A stretch of DNA of 64,000 nt. Origin: Syncephalis fuscata S228 (Eukaryota > Fungi > Zoopagomycota). A program made the position numbers and the translations under genes. The stretch is from the NCBI GenBank assembly GCA_025786725.1, contig JAHLTZ010000046.1, positions 1-64,000 of the forward strand, read 5' to 3'. The notes beneath the pieces are model-generated. The model did not search any database, was not told the DNA's origin, and saw nothing but the letters and a program-made list of their open reading frames with translations. Positions 24,193 through 37,300 of this stretch are shown here, one piece after another (positions within the stretch are counted from its first letter, which is position 1; every line of letters begins with the position of its first letter).

Positions 24193-25135
24193 AGTGGTAT
24201 TCCACCATCTCACCGTTTTGCCAGTCCACCGTCCTGCCACTACCATTCTGCCATTCCGCCATTCTGCCTTGACAGTCTCTGACTATCGACTATCAGTCTA
24301 CATTTAAAGCATTTGCCGTTTCTTTGAAGCTACAGGTAAGCATTGTTATGTTTTATTAAATATGTATTATTGTGCGGACAAAGACGGTGTAGCACAAATA
24401 GCCATGTACGCTTTTATAATCGGCTGTTTACTATGGTAAGACAACTGGCGCTGCTATGTAATAAATACTTGCTTATTTTTACTTCAAACTACTTACCATT
24501 TAATCAACTGTTATTTTTACATAGATATTTAGGTATGAAGTGTTAGTGTTGCTGTTTGCATTCATGCACTGTGTTTTGTTTTCAAATAATACTAGCTTTT
24601 AAAAAGATCACAAGCCTTCTTCCTTGCCGTGTTATAATATGGAATAATATAGATTCAAATGAATGGTCAAATAAAGTGTAAAATAATGGCAATAAAGGTA
24701 TAGTATGCGTATTGCACAAGCAATCAAGTAAAATATACAAACAATACGGCGAGTAACAAATAAACGAGTTTTATCAATAAGACATGATGAGTATAGTTTA
24801 GAATAGAATCAATGGATAAAATAATAGTGAAGATATACATAGACGATTAAGTAAGTACAATAAATTGAACCTATAGCAATAAAGCTAGCGGCAATAAAAT
24901 ACCTGCTGTAAATGGGTTGTGCTTATTATATGATCGATCGATATATGACTTAATAAATACAGAATAGTAATGATATGGGTGGATAGAAGGCATATGCATA
25001 CTAAATACTAAATCTATAATGACGAGTATTTTAATGGCTAATGCCATCCACCACACAGTTTCATGCCCAATAGATTGGATGTTGTTAAATTTAGCCATTT
25101 ATCTTTCAAATCATACTAGATCATCAGCAAATTGT
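24193..25135 (+). repeat. Truncated third copy of arm A (A1): direct repeat of 169-1111 at offset 24,024
   Basis: Identity ends at CAGCAAATTGT|ATAAC, compared with CAGCAAATTGT|TTAAT at 1111. Confidence 0.96.
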
Positions 25136-25376
25136 ATAACAATGCTAAACGGAAATACAGCACAGCACACATATTAGTGCAATAACATTAATAGAAATAA
25201 ACTACAAACAAGTTAAGTAATTAGATGTCATATTTATCATTAATATAAAGTATAAAAATAATTAATAGAAACTATAGATTATTATTAATTAATTACAATA
25301 AAGAATATTAAGTTAAATCATTATTAATTAATAAAACAATCCATTTATTTAATATATAAAGGTTACAAACACTTTG

Positions 25377-28020
25377 TTAGCTATTGCCTCCGCCACCACA
25401 GCCTCCTCCGCCACCGCAGCCACCATTACCTCCACCGCAAGCAGAAACAGAAGTGCCACAAGCACTGGCATAGTTATCATGGCAATGATGGCGATTATCT
25501 ACAGTGCCACCTATATAGCCATCACCATACGAGTGATCCCGATGACTTTCAAATGTTGTATAAACACTAGAACTCCAGCCATCACTAAACGAATTAGTCA
25601 TATTACTTTCACCAGAAAACTGAACTGATCCATCGGTGCGATCAAGCATACTTGGAGCAAAACTAGGACCAGAAGCACAAGCAATCATCATTGTACCACA
25701 AGCCGTACTATATCAATATACATAGTATTAGTATGTATCTCTTCATTAAGAATATACATTTTACTTACCGATCTCGTTCTGCTTGATAAGCATGACTTTG
25801 TTGATTAGATCTACTGCTAGACTGGTGATTATTACTATGGTTATTACCATTACTATTACCATTGCTATTACTGCTGTTGTTGTTATTGTTGTTATGCTGA
25901 TTATTGCTATTTTGACAAGTAGAATCATGATGATGATGATTACAGTTAAAATCATGACTTGTTTGAATATTGCCATCATTAGGCGTATTGTCATCAAAGT
26001 CAATGTCATTACCATCATCACCACCGCCACCATCACCATCAACCTTATTTTTATCCTTATTTTTCTTCTTGTTTTGATTCCAACCATTAGCACCAACGCC
26101 ATAATGAACAAGACAGGCACCAATCATACTATTGGCCTGAGTCTTTTGTAGTTGTTTTCTTTTGTACAAGTAATATGGCAGTCCAATAGGACCTGTATAC
26201 AACACTTTAGATAGATTGGAGCGTTTTACTGCACTTTCAGATGAATACGGTTCTATCAATTCAAGCACTAACATTAGCTTTACTGTTGTCCAACTATAAT
26301 ATATTCTAATTACCATGAAATTGTTTATACCAATAATCGGCCGTATTTGAATAAGATGTATCAAGCTTTTTTTCTGATATCGTATCATCATGATTCACTA
26401 CTCTCCCTACTAATGTAGACGTGTAATTCTACATTTAAATGTCAATTCATTACATATAATAATAATAATAATAACAATAATACTAGTAAATAGCTTACAT
26501 GATATTTTTTAGGATGCAATTGATGTGTGTGCCAGGCCAGATCAATATCTACATAAAATAGCATATTAGTAATACATGTTACACATTATCATTTATAGTA
26601 CTTGCCTAGCGTCGGCACTAAGAATGCTTTTTTTTCAGCAGCCATCAAGGCAATAAACTTGCCATAACGATCAACGCCTTTGGCTAGTACCTGAGGCTGC
26701 TGCCAATGCAAACAATTTACAATACGACGTGTAAAACGTCGTGAACGCCGTACTGCATTAATCAAATCCAGCGAACACGGTGTACAGCTATGACATAACA
26801 CCGTTAGCCAACTAGTCCAGCTACCCTATATCATGTCATCCATCCATCCGTTCGCTTACCTATTACGATATGCTGATGGAATAAGACGCAGTGTAGGCTG
26901 TCTAATCCTTACTAAATGAGTACGTTCTTTTGTTTGACGGGCCTGATTAATACGTTCATCAATCATCTTCCACGTTAATGGTTCGCTCTTTTTTGTTTCA
27001 CACAATTTAGGCACGGCCGATCTAAGATACTGTATATCTAATTTGGCCGCTTTAATATCCGGTAGACCCGTGGTATGATCCAACCATGTGCCTCTAATAA
27101 ACATATTAATATTGATGACTGTATATACTCAATTTAATCAATTTACCGAAGCAGTAGCGACTGATTCCGTCCGAATGCATTAAATGCATCTTCAAATAAC
27201 TTGGCCGATAGCGTATCCGGTGACAGTGGCACATTACATAGTGGACAGTCAAATGGTGTGGCGTGAATACGCATACTATGATATGTTTCTAGTTGCGTTT
27301 AACCAATTGCTCAATACTGATCTATACCAATTCAACTTACCACATTTAACGGCAATAATAGATGAACAGAATGGACAAGTCATTGAAAATGGCGATTTAC
27401 TGGTAAGATTAGGCGTGTATGACAGTCCCGTCAACTGCTCCCATTCTAATTGAGATCGTGAATCCACATGGAATTTGCCATCAGCATCTTTCTCCGTCTA
27501 TGTCATGTCAGCTGCCTATTCTATGCCGCACTATTACTTTCTACAACACTTACCAACTGTTTTAATGGAATATTATAGGCAAGCATATGATCTCCAAATA
27601 AACGTATCATGTCCTCCATATATCGAAGCGGCGATAGCATATGTGTACACCATAACATGGCGACATCTAATAAATGACAGTGTAAGTAGTCGTCTATCTT
27701 CGATGAGTATGAATATTTGTTTAATTTACCAATAGGCGGGACTGGTATAGCATCGGGACGGCGTTTCTGTAAATAGGCTAGCCAGTGAAGATATCGCTGT
27801 TCTGCTCGCAGCAATACAATATTGTCATCGGCATCATTCTCTAACTCCAATTCGTTGAAGCGCTGCAGTAGAATAATATGGGCATTTACTAATAGTTGAA
27901 CCACTCTGTGTGTCAATAGGGTGGCTTCATGGCATTCTTCTACTTACAAGTTTCCACATTCACTATAGTGTCGACCGATGTTGTTAGAGCCACTTTAGAC
28001 TCGGTTGCTACTTGACTCAT
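25377..28020 (-). CDS. Glycine-rich domain-containing protein (DUF1399/GRDP-like), multi-exon, with some frameshifts
   Basis: Two repeats of the motif RY..(W/F)..L......(P/V)P(P/T)(I/L)DV..(L/A)W.TH.L.P..Y (AEQRYLHWL...PVPPI|DVAMLWCTHMLSPLRY and VDRYGKFIAL...LVPTL|DVDLAWHTHQLHP). C-terminal tail CGGGNGGCGGGGGCGGGG. Confidence 0.8.
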
Positions 28021-29654
28021 AATAGGCAATAGTACAAGGTTTGCGGAATCGATTAAAGATGCGAATTAGTGAGTTAATAAATGAGCGATTAAATAGGAAA
28101 AAGTCGGCAAATGCCATGCGAATGGGTGAGGCATGTGCTATTGTTAGCATGGCAGTGTGTAGCAACACCAGCGACAGTATCTGCTCCTTAATAGGATCGC
28201 CGTTGTTGTTGTTATATGATCATCGCTACCCTTTTGTTAGTATTTGTAGATTATATAAGTGATTTTCTATAAACATTTTACATCTTAACGTTAAGTAATA
28301 ATTACCAAAGAGATTTGTTATGTTATGATAGGATCATCACTTATGATATGGCCCAATATGGATATGATTAGATATTTTATAATTTATATTTATGCTTTAC
28401 ACTTATCAATACTGGTTAAAACAAAAAATAGCTTATTAATACTCAAAATATAATAATAAGCTAGAATTACAAAACTTGTTCTTTTAATTCGCATCCATAT
28501 CTGTGTTAATATACACGAGGTAAATTGACCATACGATATGGCTATTAGGGACAGCGTATATGATCACGCTGCTATTCTCTCCTTAGAACAGGTCAGCCTT
28601 GGTATTATTGGTATCAGCATTAGGAGTGCGTACTTCCAATAGTCAATTGTGTAACACGGCATTATAATGCAGTGGTAACTGAGCATCTATTAACTATTGT
28701 ACCTATCTATGAATATCATGCTGACTTGTAAGTATGCATGACAACGATGTACACCACTATAAATAAACTATGCATGAAAATACCTTTTTATAGCAACAAA
28801 ATGGCAGTGATGTGCACAACAAATCTACCAGTAAACATTCGTAATAATTTGATCTCCAATTGATACAGATTAAACAATTTAATAGCAATGCGTTATGCAT
28901 TTGAATGAAACAATGTTTAAAATGGCACAACAGTAGAGTTAATATTATCATCTCATAGCGACAAGCTATTGCATATTGATTAGTGAACATTTGAATAAAA
29001 ATAATAAACTTTGCCAAGATTTTTTACTTGTTTAAAGGGCCCCGTTAACTAGAAATAATGGATCGATACAGCCACTGGACAATTACTACGGAATACGGGT
29101 AATTTAACCAATATAGAAATAGAGGCACGTGGCGCTAATCTATTCGGACTGGGTGTTATGTTCGGCTTAATTTAGCAATTATACGGTATTAAGAATATTC
29201 TCGTGATCTATCCGACTATTACACCGAATAGGGAGCCGACTGGGAGCACCCAATGAGATTATTAGTGTTTTAAAAGTTTTGTTATGTACGTCACCATGCG
29301 TGCAATTTAGTGCTAGCGAAACAACAGCTGATCGGAGCTGTTACAAGTGCATGCGACAGTAAAATTGGATGTTTGAAATTAACATTACTACTTTTGGCCA
29401 TATCCACTATCCATGGCGTCGGTATTTCAAATGGCTTATTTAAATATTTGGTCCTGTTTTTACAAGGTTTTTTATTGATCGTATTTCTCATTTTTACAAT
29501 TTTGCTCTGCCTTTTTACCTTACGACTTTTTATTTAGTATCAATCTGGTATATACTTATGCTAGGTGTAAGTATACTACTTTTCATTGATCCCTTTTTAT
29601 TTCCAATTTATTCACGTAAATCAAACTCTACGATAGCTTACTCGCTTACAAAGC

Positions 29655-30970
29655 ATGCTATATCTTATGTATAGCCAAGGCAATAATACCACTTTGTTTA
29701 AGGGGATGCTGGTCCATTTATTTTTGTTGATTGCTTTGTTGCTCTGCGCTGGTCGCGACATTTTCACGTTTATAGATGCCCTTCCAGTGCCGCAAGCTGT
29801 TGCTACTGCCAATAATCCGCTATTATCTCCACAAGCAGCAGTTATTAACAACAACAACACGCAAATCATTGGATCCGCTGAACCGGTTGTGAACCAACCA
29901 CAAGTTATTGCTACTAGTAATAATAATCTACCACAACAAGCAGCCGTTATTAACGACAACAGCGTACAACCCATTGTGTCCGCAGAACAGGCAGTAAACC
30001 AGCCACAAGCTTCTTCTACGCCAAGCTCAACGGCGCTCGTTACCGATACGCCATCAACTGTGGCATTGCCGCCTACCGATGCATCTGATGTCACCGTCGC
30101 TCCTAATCTACTTGATGCCAGTGCCAAGACCGGTCCCACTACTATATTCTCCATTCCTAATAATGTGCAATTAGACAAGACGACGGTGGTGAAAGCACTC
30201 GTGCCTGAACAGCTACAGTCCATTGTTGATCCACAACTCGAAACTGATCCGGCCGCCACTAATATGACCAGAACAGAGACCCGGAAACACGCCATTTTTA
30301 CCAAGGGTATTCCGTTTGCCATAGCAGCTGGTGCAGGTTTGGCTTCCTCCATTGCTGCTGAAACAGCAATCGTGGGCTCTACAGTAGGCCTGGCGGCTGT
30401 TCCAGGCGTATTTGCAGCCGGTATGGTCGGTTCTACTGTCTTTAATACCACCTATACCTTTACCAATCGTATTGCTCGTAAAATTGCCAGCCAGAGTAGC
30501 GATAGCGACGTCGATACTATTCTCGATGGACCAAGCAGTAATCACTACAACAAAACCTTGGAGAGCGAACGAGTTAATGCCGAAATCGAGGCCGAAAAGA
30601 ACCGCCCCTTCTCTGAAAAGGTCAAGGATATGCTTCCGTTGGTTATTGCTGGTGGTATTGGTAATGTGGCCGGTACCGCTGTCTCAAGTGCTCTTGCTCC
30701 ATCCATCAAGAATGCTGTATCGCATCCATTCGGTGCAGAGGCATCTAAGCGTGCCACTGGTATGACCACAAGTGTTGGTACCACTGCATTGGTGAATCAA
30801 GGCATAAGGACAGCCGGAGATGCTATGAACCGGATGGCAATAATAGTACTGATATTCCTGTGGGCAACAATGCCGCCACGACTAAATCGGCCAACTCTAC
30901 TCCAGTAACGACCAATGCCGACAACAGCTCGCCTAATAGTGTTCCATTGAATACTTCAATTTTAACGTAA
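29655..30970 (+). CDS. Putative secreted Ala/Gly/Thr-rich protein of unknown function (start probably at the MLVHLF Met; C-terminus likely frameshifted near 30830)
   Basis: 417-aa ORF with signal-peptide-like MLVHLFLLIALLLCAG, a duplicated PQAAVIN...SAE..VNQPQ segment and hydrophobic Gly/Ala segments. An alternative frame continues DGNNSTDIPVGNN...SILT to a stop at about 30970. Confidence 0.7.
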
Positions 30971-31867
30971 ATCGCACTATTTTATAAATAAATCATTATG
31001 ATCCAAATGATTGAAGGCTTTATTAAGCATAGGATTATAATGTAATAGTTTTTTTACAAATAGCTTAAATAAATCATAATGAAATGCAATAGTTTATCAT
31101 GTTGGATGTTAGCTATTGTTATTAATATTGCTTGTTTGTTAATTATACTGATTAGATAAGATAACAGTGTTGATAAAAAATAAGAGCCATAATAGATTTG
31201 TTTAATTGAATCAGTTTTAAAAATAAAGTGCAATATTCATTGAAATTATATTAATATTATAATAGCGATTTCATTACTATTGTTTACACATTTCTATTCT
31301 TAATCGTTTGTCACAGATATTGCAATATGTATCGTAACTTGTATTTTTTAATCACTTCTCAAAGCGATACAGAACTTGGTCCGCAATTGAGTAGCAACAC
31401 TATCAAATACAAGTGTAAAATCTAGTTTACATTAATAGTCACACGGAAGCACATTGAATCTAGTCATCTTTAAAAACACCAAATAAAAACTTGTACTCGT
31501 TTCATATAAATAGACATTGTAAGGTGTGTATCATGGAATGTAATACTTTTGTTAATATTACTGGCAAATAGATCACGGTCTAATTATTAATCTCTTATAA
31601 CTAAACCAAATATGACATTAATATAAATTGTTTGCATTTGCAACTCTTTAATGCAAACAAAAAGTTACTACGACGTGGTGTATACCAATACGATAATGAG
31701 CATGACTATCATGATCCATAAAGCCTCATTTAAATTTATAGTTGCTGCATAGATAGAAAAAAACCACACCAAAAACACATGTTATTATTACTGCCGTTAT
31801 CTGGATTGTAAACGTACACGCGTCAGCACGATGAAACGCGTACGCATGCGGTGTCAGCCCGCTTTAT

Positions 31868-32407
31868 TTAGGCCTGTTGAGCGCGGATCATCTTCTTGAC
31901 AATCTTTTGCTCTTCAATCAAGAAAGCGCGAACAATACTAAACAAGAAAAAACATAACAAATTAGTATATTGTATCAGTAATAATTTTATAATAACTAGC
32001 GAGTATTTCTCTATATATTATCATTATTATTACTTACCGGTTGCGGACGCACTTGGCGCAACGGCTACCGCCATAAGCGCGGTTGACGGTCTTCTGGCGC
32101 TTGGAGATGCGAGAGAGGTCAATTGGGCGCAAAGCTGGGAGCTAAATATACATAAACACACATACAAACAGCATCAATCACCACCAATCCATTTGTTAGT
32201 ATCATTAAACTATATATTTCTTATATTCTATTCTACTCTATGGTACTTACACCGAGCAATTTGGTGCCGCAGTCACCGCACTTTGGGACGGAACCGGCCT
32301 TTTGATGTGTGGTACACCAAGCGGCCACCGGGGGTCTTGACGATCTTAACCCGGTTGGACTTTGTGTTATAGCCGTTGTGGCGACGGTATACGAGACGCT
32401 GGACCAT
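31868..32407 (-). CDS. RPL34: 60S ribosomal protein L34 (eL34), 3 coding exons
   Basis: [49 protein letters not shown]|LPALRP...[19 protein letters not shown]|[15 protein letters not shown]. One frameshift near 32305. Confidence 0.96.
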
Positions 32408-33199
32408 TGTGACAAATTACCTATACGCAAACAACGTCAGTCAAAACGTTCAATAGCATTCGCATAATACGTGTAAGAGTAACTAGTAGCAGTAGCAGTA
32501 GCAAGCAAACACAAGTGGAATTCACCATTGGATTCCATAGCTGGTGTTTAACAATTCCCTTTAGTATATTTATCCATCAATCAACCAATCCATCCATCTA
32601 TAGATTGATTACTGTTGCCTAACGACATGGATCTATGTAACGTCCTCATTATGACAGGCCGCGATATTACTAATCCATTGATAATAATGTGTATCTATCT
32701 ATAGCATACACAGCCACTTGGTCTAGCCATCAGCCTGTGACCAACCACGCTATTGATATCTATTGACCTACAGCATCCATCAATCTGCTCAATCATAGAT
32801 GGATGGATGGATGGATGAATGACCAAACGAATATCCATCTGGCGTCTTTTACTATTACTCTTACACGCGTATGCTGTAGTCTATGATGCTCACCGTCCGG
32901 TAAACAATGGATGGGCTTTGAGAAGGGAGAGGCCGAACACGGTAGGTGGCGTGTGGGCGGGTGATTGACTAGGCGACAGCCATACTACACGAAACCAGTT
33001 TGAGTGAGTCTGTATTTGAATTGCTCAAATATGGTCACAACAAACGATGCTTGCTAAGCCATATACTTATAAATCCTCGATTATCATTACGTACTATATC
33101 CTCTTTACACTCTATTTTTGTTAACCACTCAGTAATATTACTTTTATTAAATACACTCTATTGGTCATTCTACTTGTTTATTTAATAAATTAGTGAAAC

Positions 33200-33450
33200 T
33201 GTAAAGCTCTCCACTACTGTCGTTTGTATCATTGCCATAACTTTGTGGCCACTATCTCTATAGTGGACGCTATGCCTATTTAATCCGTCGCGATGTCACA
33301 TCTACAGCTAAAGCAAAAGCTGATGCGCTTAAGCTTCTTAATAACACTAGAAAGTCTCGTAAAAAGTTCTGTGCTGCTTATAATTTAGAAAATATCAAAG
33401 AGTTTGTAAAAGCTCTTGAGGATGCTATTCGACATCCGGGCAAGAAATAA
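33200..33450 (+). other. Possible small secreted basic peptide gene or remnant (frameshifted, no clear ATG)
   Basis: Stitched frames read KLSTTVVCIIAIT.VATISIVDAMPI.IRR-DVTSTAKAKADALKLLNNTRKSRKKFCAAYNLENIKEFVKALEDAIRHPGKK*. Confidence 0.4.
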
Positions 33451-33773
33451 CCAATGCTTTTAAGCTATTAATAACATTGACAGTGTAATTGGACCGCTGC
33501 TTTAATATGCTTTATTAGTATCTGAAAATATCAAGGTCATTTGACAATGTCACTGTTCAGTCCATTTACACAAGCTATAGCCAATGTTTCAATTTAATCA
33601 ACTTTTAATCAATGAATCTATACTATTATTATTAACAATTTTGCATTACCGGTGTTTATTTAGAAATGTATATTTATAGTAAAAATACTTTATTTTATTT
33701 CCGTTAATAGATAATCTAATATTTGTAAATAATACACTTTTCATAAAATGTTTATTATAATATTAGTTTATAT

Positions 33774-36700
33774 TTACTTTTTGTTGTTGTTCATTAAATT
33801 GGGATCGGTTTCTGTATCATTGTCAATCTTATCATTGTTATTGGTAGACTTTTTGACTATAGCGTCTACTGCACTTTCTTCTTCCTCTTCTTCTTCTTCC
33901 TCCTCTTTTGTCGTTCGTTTCTCTGCTTCAGCCAGTTCTTGTGACCACCACATATCACGGTAGACACCTTGGCCTACAACACCACTAAGCAGTGTTTCGT
34001 GGCGGCCCTGTTCAACTACCTCGCCTTCCCTAAGTACAACAATCATATCGGCATCGTTGATGGTACGTAAGCGGTGAGCAATAAATACACTAGTACACCG
34101 CTTCTCATTTAGTATACTATCAATATTGGCTAGAATAGACTGCTCTGTATGAGTATCAAGAGCCGATGTAGCCTCATCAAAGAATAAAATGGGTGGATTC
34201 TTTAGAATAGTACGCGCTAGAGCAACTCTTTGTTTCTCCCCTCCTATCATTTATCAATTACCATCGCCATTAATATTACCAATAGAATAATAGAGCGTAG
34301 TTATTTACCGGAAATCATTAGACCACGCTCACCCACTCGTGTCTGATATGATTCAGGCAATCTTTCAATGACATGATGGATTTGTGCCCGTCGAGCTGCC
34401 TCTTCTACTTGTTCTTTTGTTGCATTCGTGTTGCCATATGCAATATTATGATAAATAGTATCGTTGAACAAAGCCGTATCCTATAACCATAGCCATAGCC
34501 ATATTTCGATTCTATTAGTATAACTAACTGGCATTTATATCTAGCTTACTTGGGGTACTACACCAATAAAACGACGTAGACTGGCCAGTTGTATGTGGTG
34601 AATATCCTGTCCATCGACTAGAATACGGCCAGATTGTGGCTCGTAGAAACGGAACATTAACCGCAATACTGTAGACTTTCTATTTAACCAGTTATTAATT
34701 GCTTTTCTACATAACAACAACTAAAGCTGAATACTTGCCCACAGCCACTAGGTCCAACAATAGCCACTTTCTTTCCACGGGGAATGGTAAATGTGGCATT
34801 ACGTAAGATGGGTCGGTCTGGATGATAGCCAAATGTGACATTCTCGAATTTAATTTCACCTCCATTAAACACTAATGGTTTGGCATCGGGTGCATCCTAT
34901 ACCTCTATTATTAGCTGTGTATAGTGGCTATAAATGGGGTATTTACGGTAATGCGTTGATCAATAGCTTGGAGATTAAATAGTGTGTCCATATCGGTAAG
35001 TGCTTGTCGTAGATCTCGGTAAACCGAACCAAGAAAGTTGAGTGGCATAGATAGCTGAAACACTAGCTGATTAATAAGTACTAGATCGCCGACTGTCAAA
35101 TTGCCTATTTATTACAATAAATGATTAATAAGCGGCTATTATTTGCTATTTAGCCTATCCTGTTACCTTGAATGACACCATGGGCTGCCATAGCCATCAT
35201 ACTGGCCAGTGATGCACTAAAAATGGCATTCTGCCCTGCATTCAAAAAGGCCAAGCTACCGGCTATTTTAAGCGAGGCATGTTCATATTTGACCATGGCA
35301 CTATTGTAGCGTGTCAATTCATACTTTTCATTGCCAAAATACTATAGATAACTTGTATTATTATTCATAATAGCTATTAAAATGATGGTTTACTTTAACT
35401 GCTTCATAATTAATTAATGAATCAATAATACGTGTGGCGGCTTCGTTGTCAGCTGCATTGGCTTGACGACGAAACTTTGTTCTACAGTGTCATAACCACA
35501 ATAATGAGTATACTAAATAGCTTTATTTTAAAAACATACCGCCATGATGTAATGCCAACCGTAAATCCTGTATAAGCTGCCATTGTGCCCAGTGTGACCA
35601 GAGCATACGGTGTACCAAATTTATAAGACTAGTATGGTTGTAGTATAAATTTAATATTTATTAAATAGCCACTAGTCTATTAATACTAACCAGAATACCG
35701 CACACCATCGATATCTCTAATATAGTCGGGGCCAAATGTAATACAGTCGATGTAAGTACAAAACTTATACCTCTATCATATAAATCATCAATTAACACTA
35801 CCGTCCTAATGATAACAAAAAACAAAAACACTTACTTGGTACCACGATCAATGGCTCGAGATAGACCACCGGTTTGACGTGATAAATGAAATGATAAATC
35901 CAACGATAATAAATGGGCAAATATATTGTCAGCTACTCGTCTAATTGCACCTTGTGCTACTTTGGCAAATACAGCATTGCGTAACTCTTGAAAGGCAAAT
36001 GCACCCACTCTAGATAAACCATCTATAATACACTGATATCAATCATAATATAGCAATTTAATTAAGTTACTTACAGCCAATGAGTACAGCACCGGCCACC
36101 GTCATTACTGTACCATCTTCAGGTATAGGCATATTAAGTGAATCAATTACTTGCTTAAAGTAGAACGGCACTTGGACATTCAATAGCTGTATAAATACCT
36201 ATTATTAAAATACACTTTCCATCTAGTATTTCTACATACTTTACCGCTTGCTAATAACGCTAGAGCTAATATAACACGCCCTTTAATGGCATAATCGCCT
36301 TTTGGCCACACGTATCGCATCATACGTTTAATAATATCAATATCTGATGTGGATTTGCCAGATTCCAAATCTACTGCATTGGTTTTTTTGTTCTTTGTTG
36401 CATCTGTATTACTATTAGTTGTAGTGTTATTAATGCTACTCGATGCCAGTGAAAATGGTGATTTTGTTGTTGTTGTTGTTGTTGTGGTGGTGGTGGTGGT
36501 ACTTTTATGTCGACACTGCTGTTGCTGCTTTCTTTGTTGTTGTTGTTGTTCAAGTACAAGTTGACTATTAATGGCTGGCTATTCATTACGCTACATTAGA
36601 CGAAACTACGACTGTCTTACTTGCTACTTGCCAATAACGCATCACATGGCCAACTTAAATAGGGCAACACTTTTGTACCTGAAAGTACACTTAGTTGTCG

Positions 36701-36937
36701 TCTATATTTAATTGGCGAGTCTGGTACGGAATATAACTAAAAGTGGCAAGTTAGCTATGTGCATTCCTAAAGGCCAGTAACAATTGCAGTTGTTTAAGGA
36801 CTTACAGTGGATAGGCAGCGGTATGACGCGACCCATGTTGTTGCTGCTGCAATGACGCCATGTCTGCCTCTATTCAACTGTAGAATAGGCTGGTTTGCAG
36901 CTACCGTGACCTGTCTAGAGACAAACACACTAAGCAT
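33774..36937 (-). CDS. ATM1: Mitochondrial ABC half-transporter Atm1/ABCB7, multi-exon
   Basis: [83 protein letters not shown], Walker A GPSGCG, and [11 protein letters not shown]...[11 protein letters not shown]-terminal presequence-like region. Confidence 0.95.
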
Positions 36938-37300
36938 GACAAATGATAACAATGAAAGGAGTAGTAAAAGCAACTAGAACGGTTGAATATTCATGAATAC
37001 AGTTTTATAATTAAGACGTTGTTATGAGCATCATTTTAAATATAAATTGCGTTATTTTTGCCATCTTCAATTTATTACGTGTGGAGTTTTAAATCAATAA
37101 ATATCACGGTGCGGTATTATTGCCGTGACAAATCAGTGTCAATGTCGTCATATCGTGTATTTCTCGACGATATATCATCAAATATAAGTATTAATAAATA
37201 ATAGATAGATAGATAGATTTAATATGAATAATGTACAGTAAAGATCTGTTGGCTTTAGTTGTTTAGTAGTCCACAGCCATAAGCACATCTAATTCACATT

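Noticed and set aside
24062-24262. ORF through the minisatellite
   Set aside because: The 22-bp unit is not a multiple of three, and GCTAAAAT variants introduce stops.
1-25135. Pure fold-back read or amplification chimera
   Set aside because: The arms differ by transition-biased substitutions and a 7-bp indel, and the arrays differ in order and length. Disfavoured, but not excluded without raw reads.
1-25135. Autonomous known transposon or virus (Foldback/Mutator, Maverick, Helitron, LTR)
   Set aside because: No recognisable DDE transposase, integrase, polB, Rep/helicase, reverse transcriptase or capsid motifs, and no target-site duplication can be assessed within the window.
29621-30451. 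276-aa minus-strand ORF
   Set aside because: Antisense shadow of the secreted-protein ORF on the plus strand.
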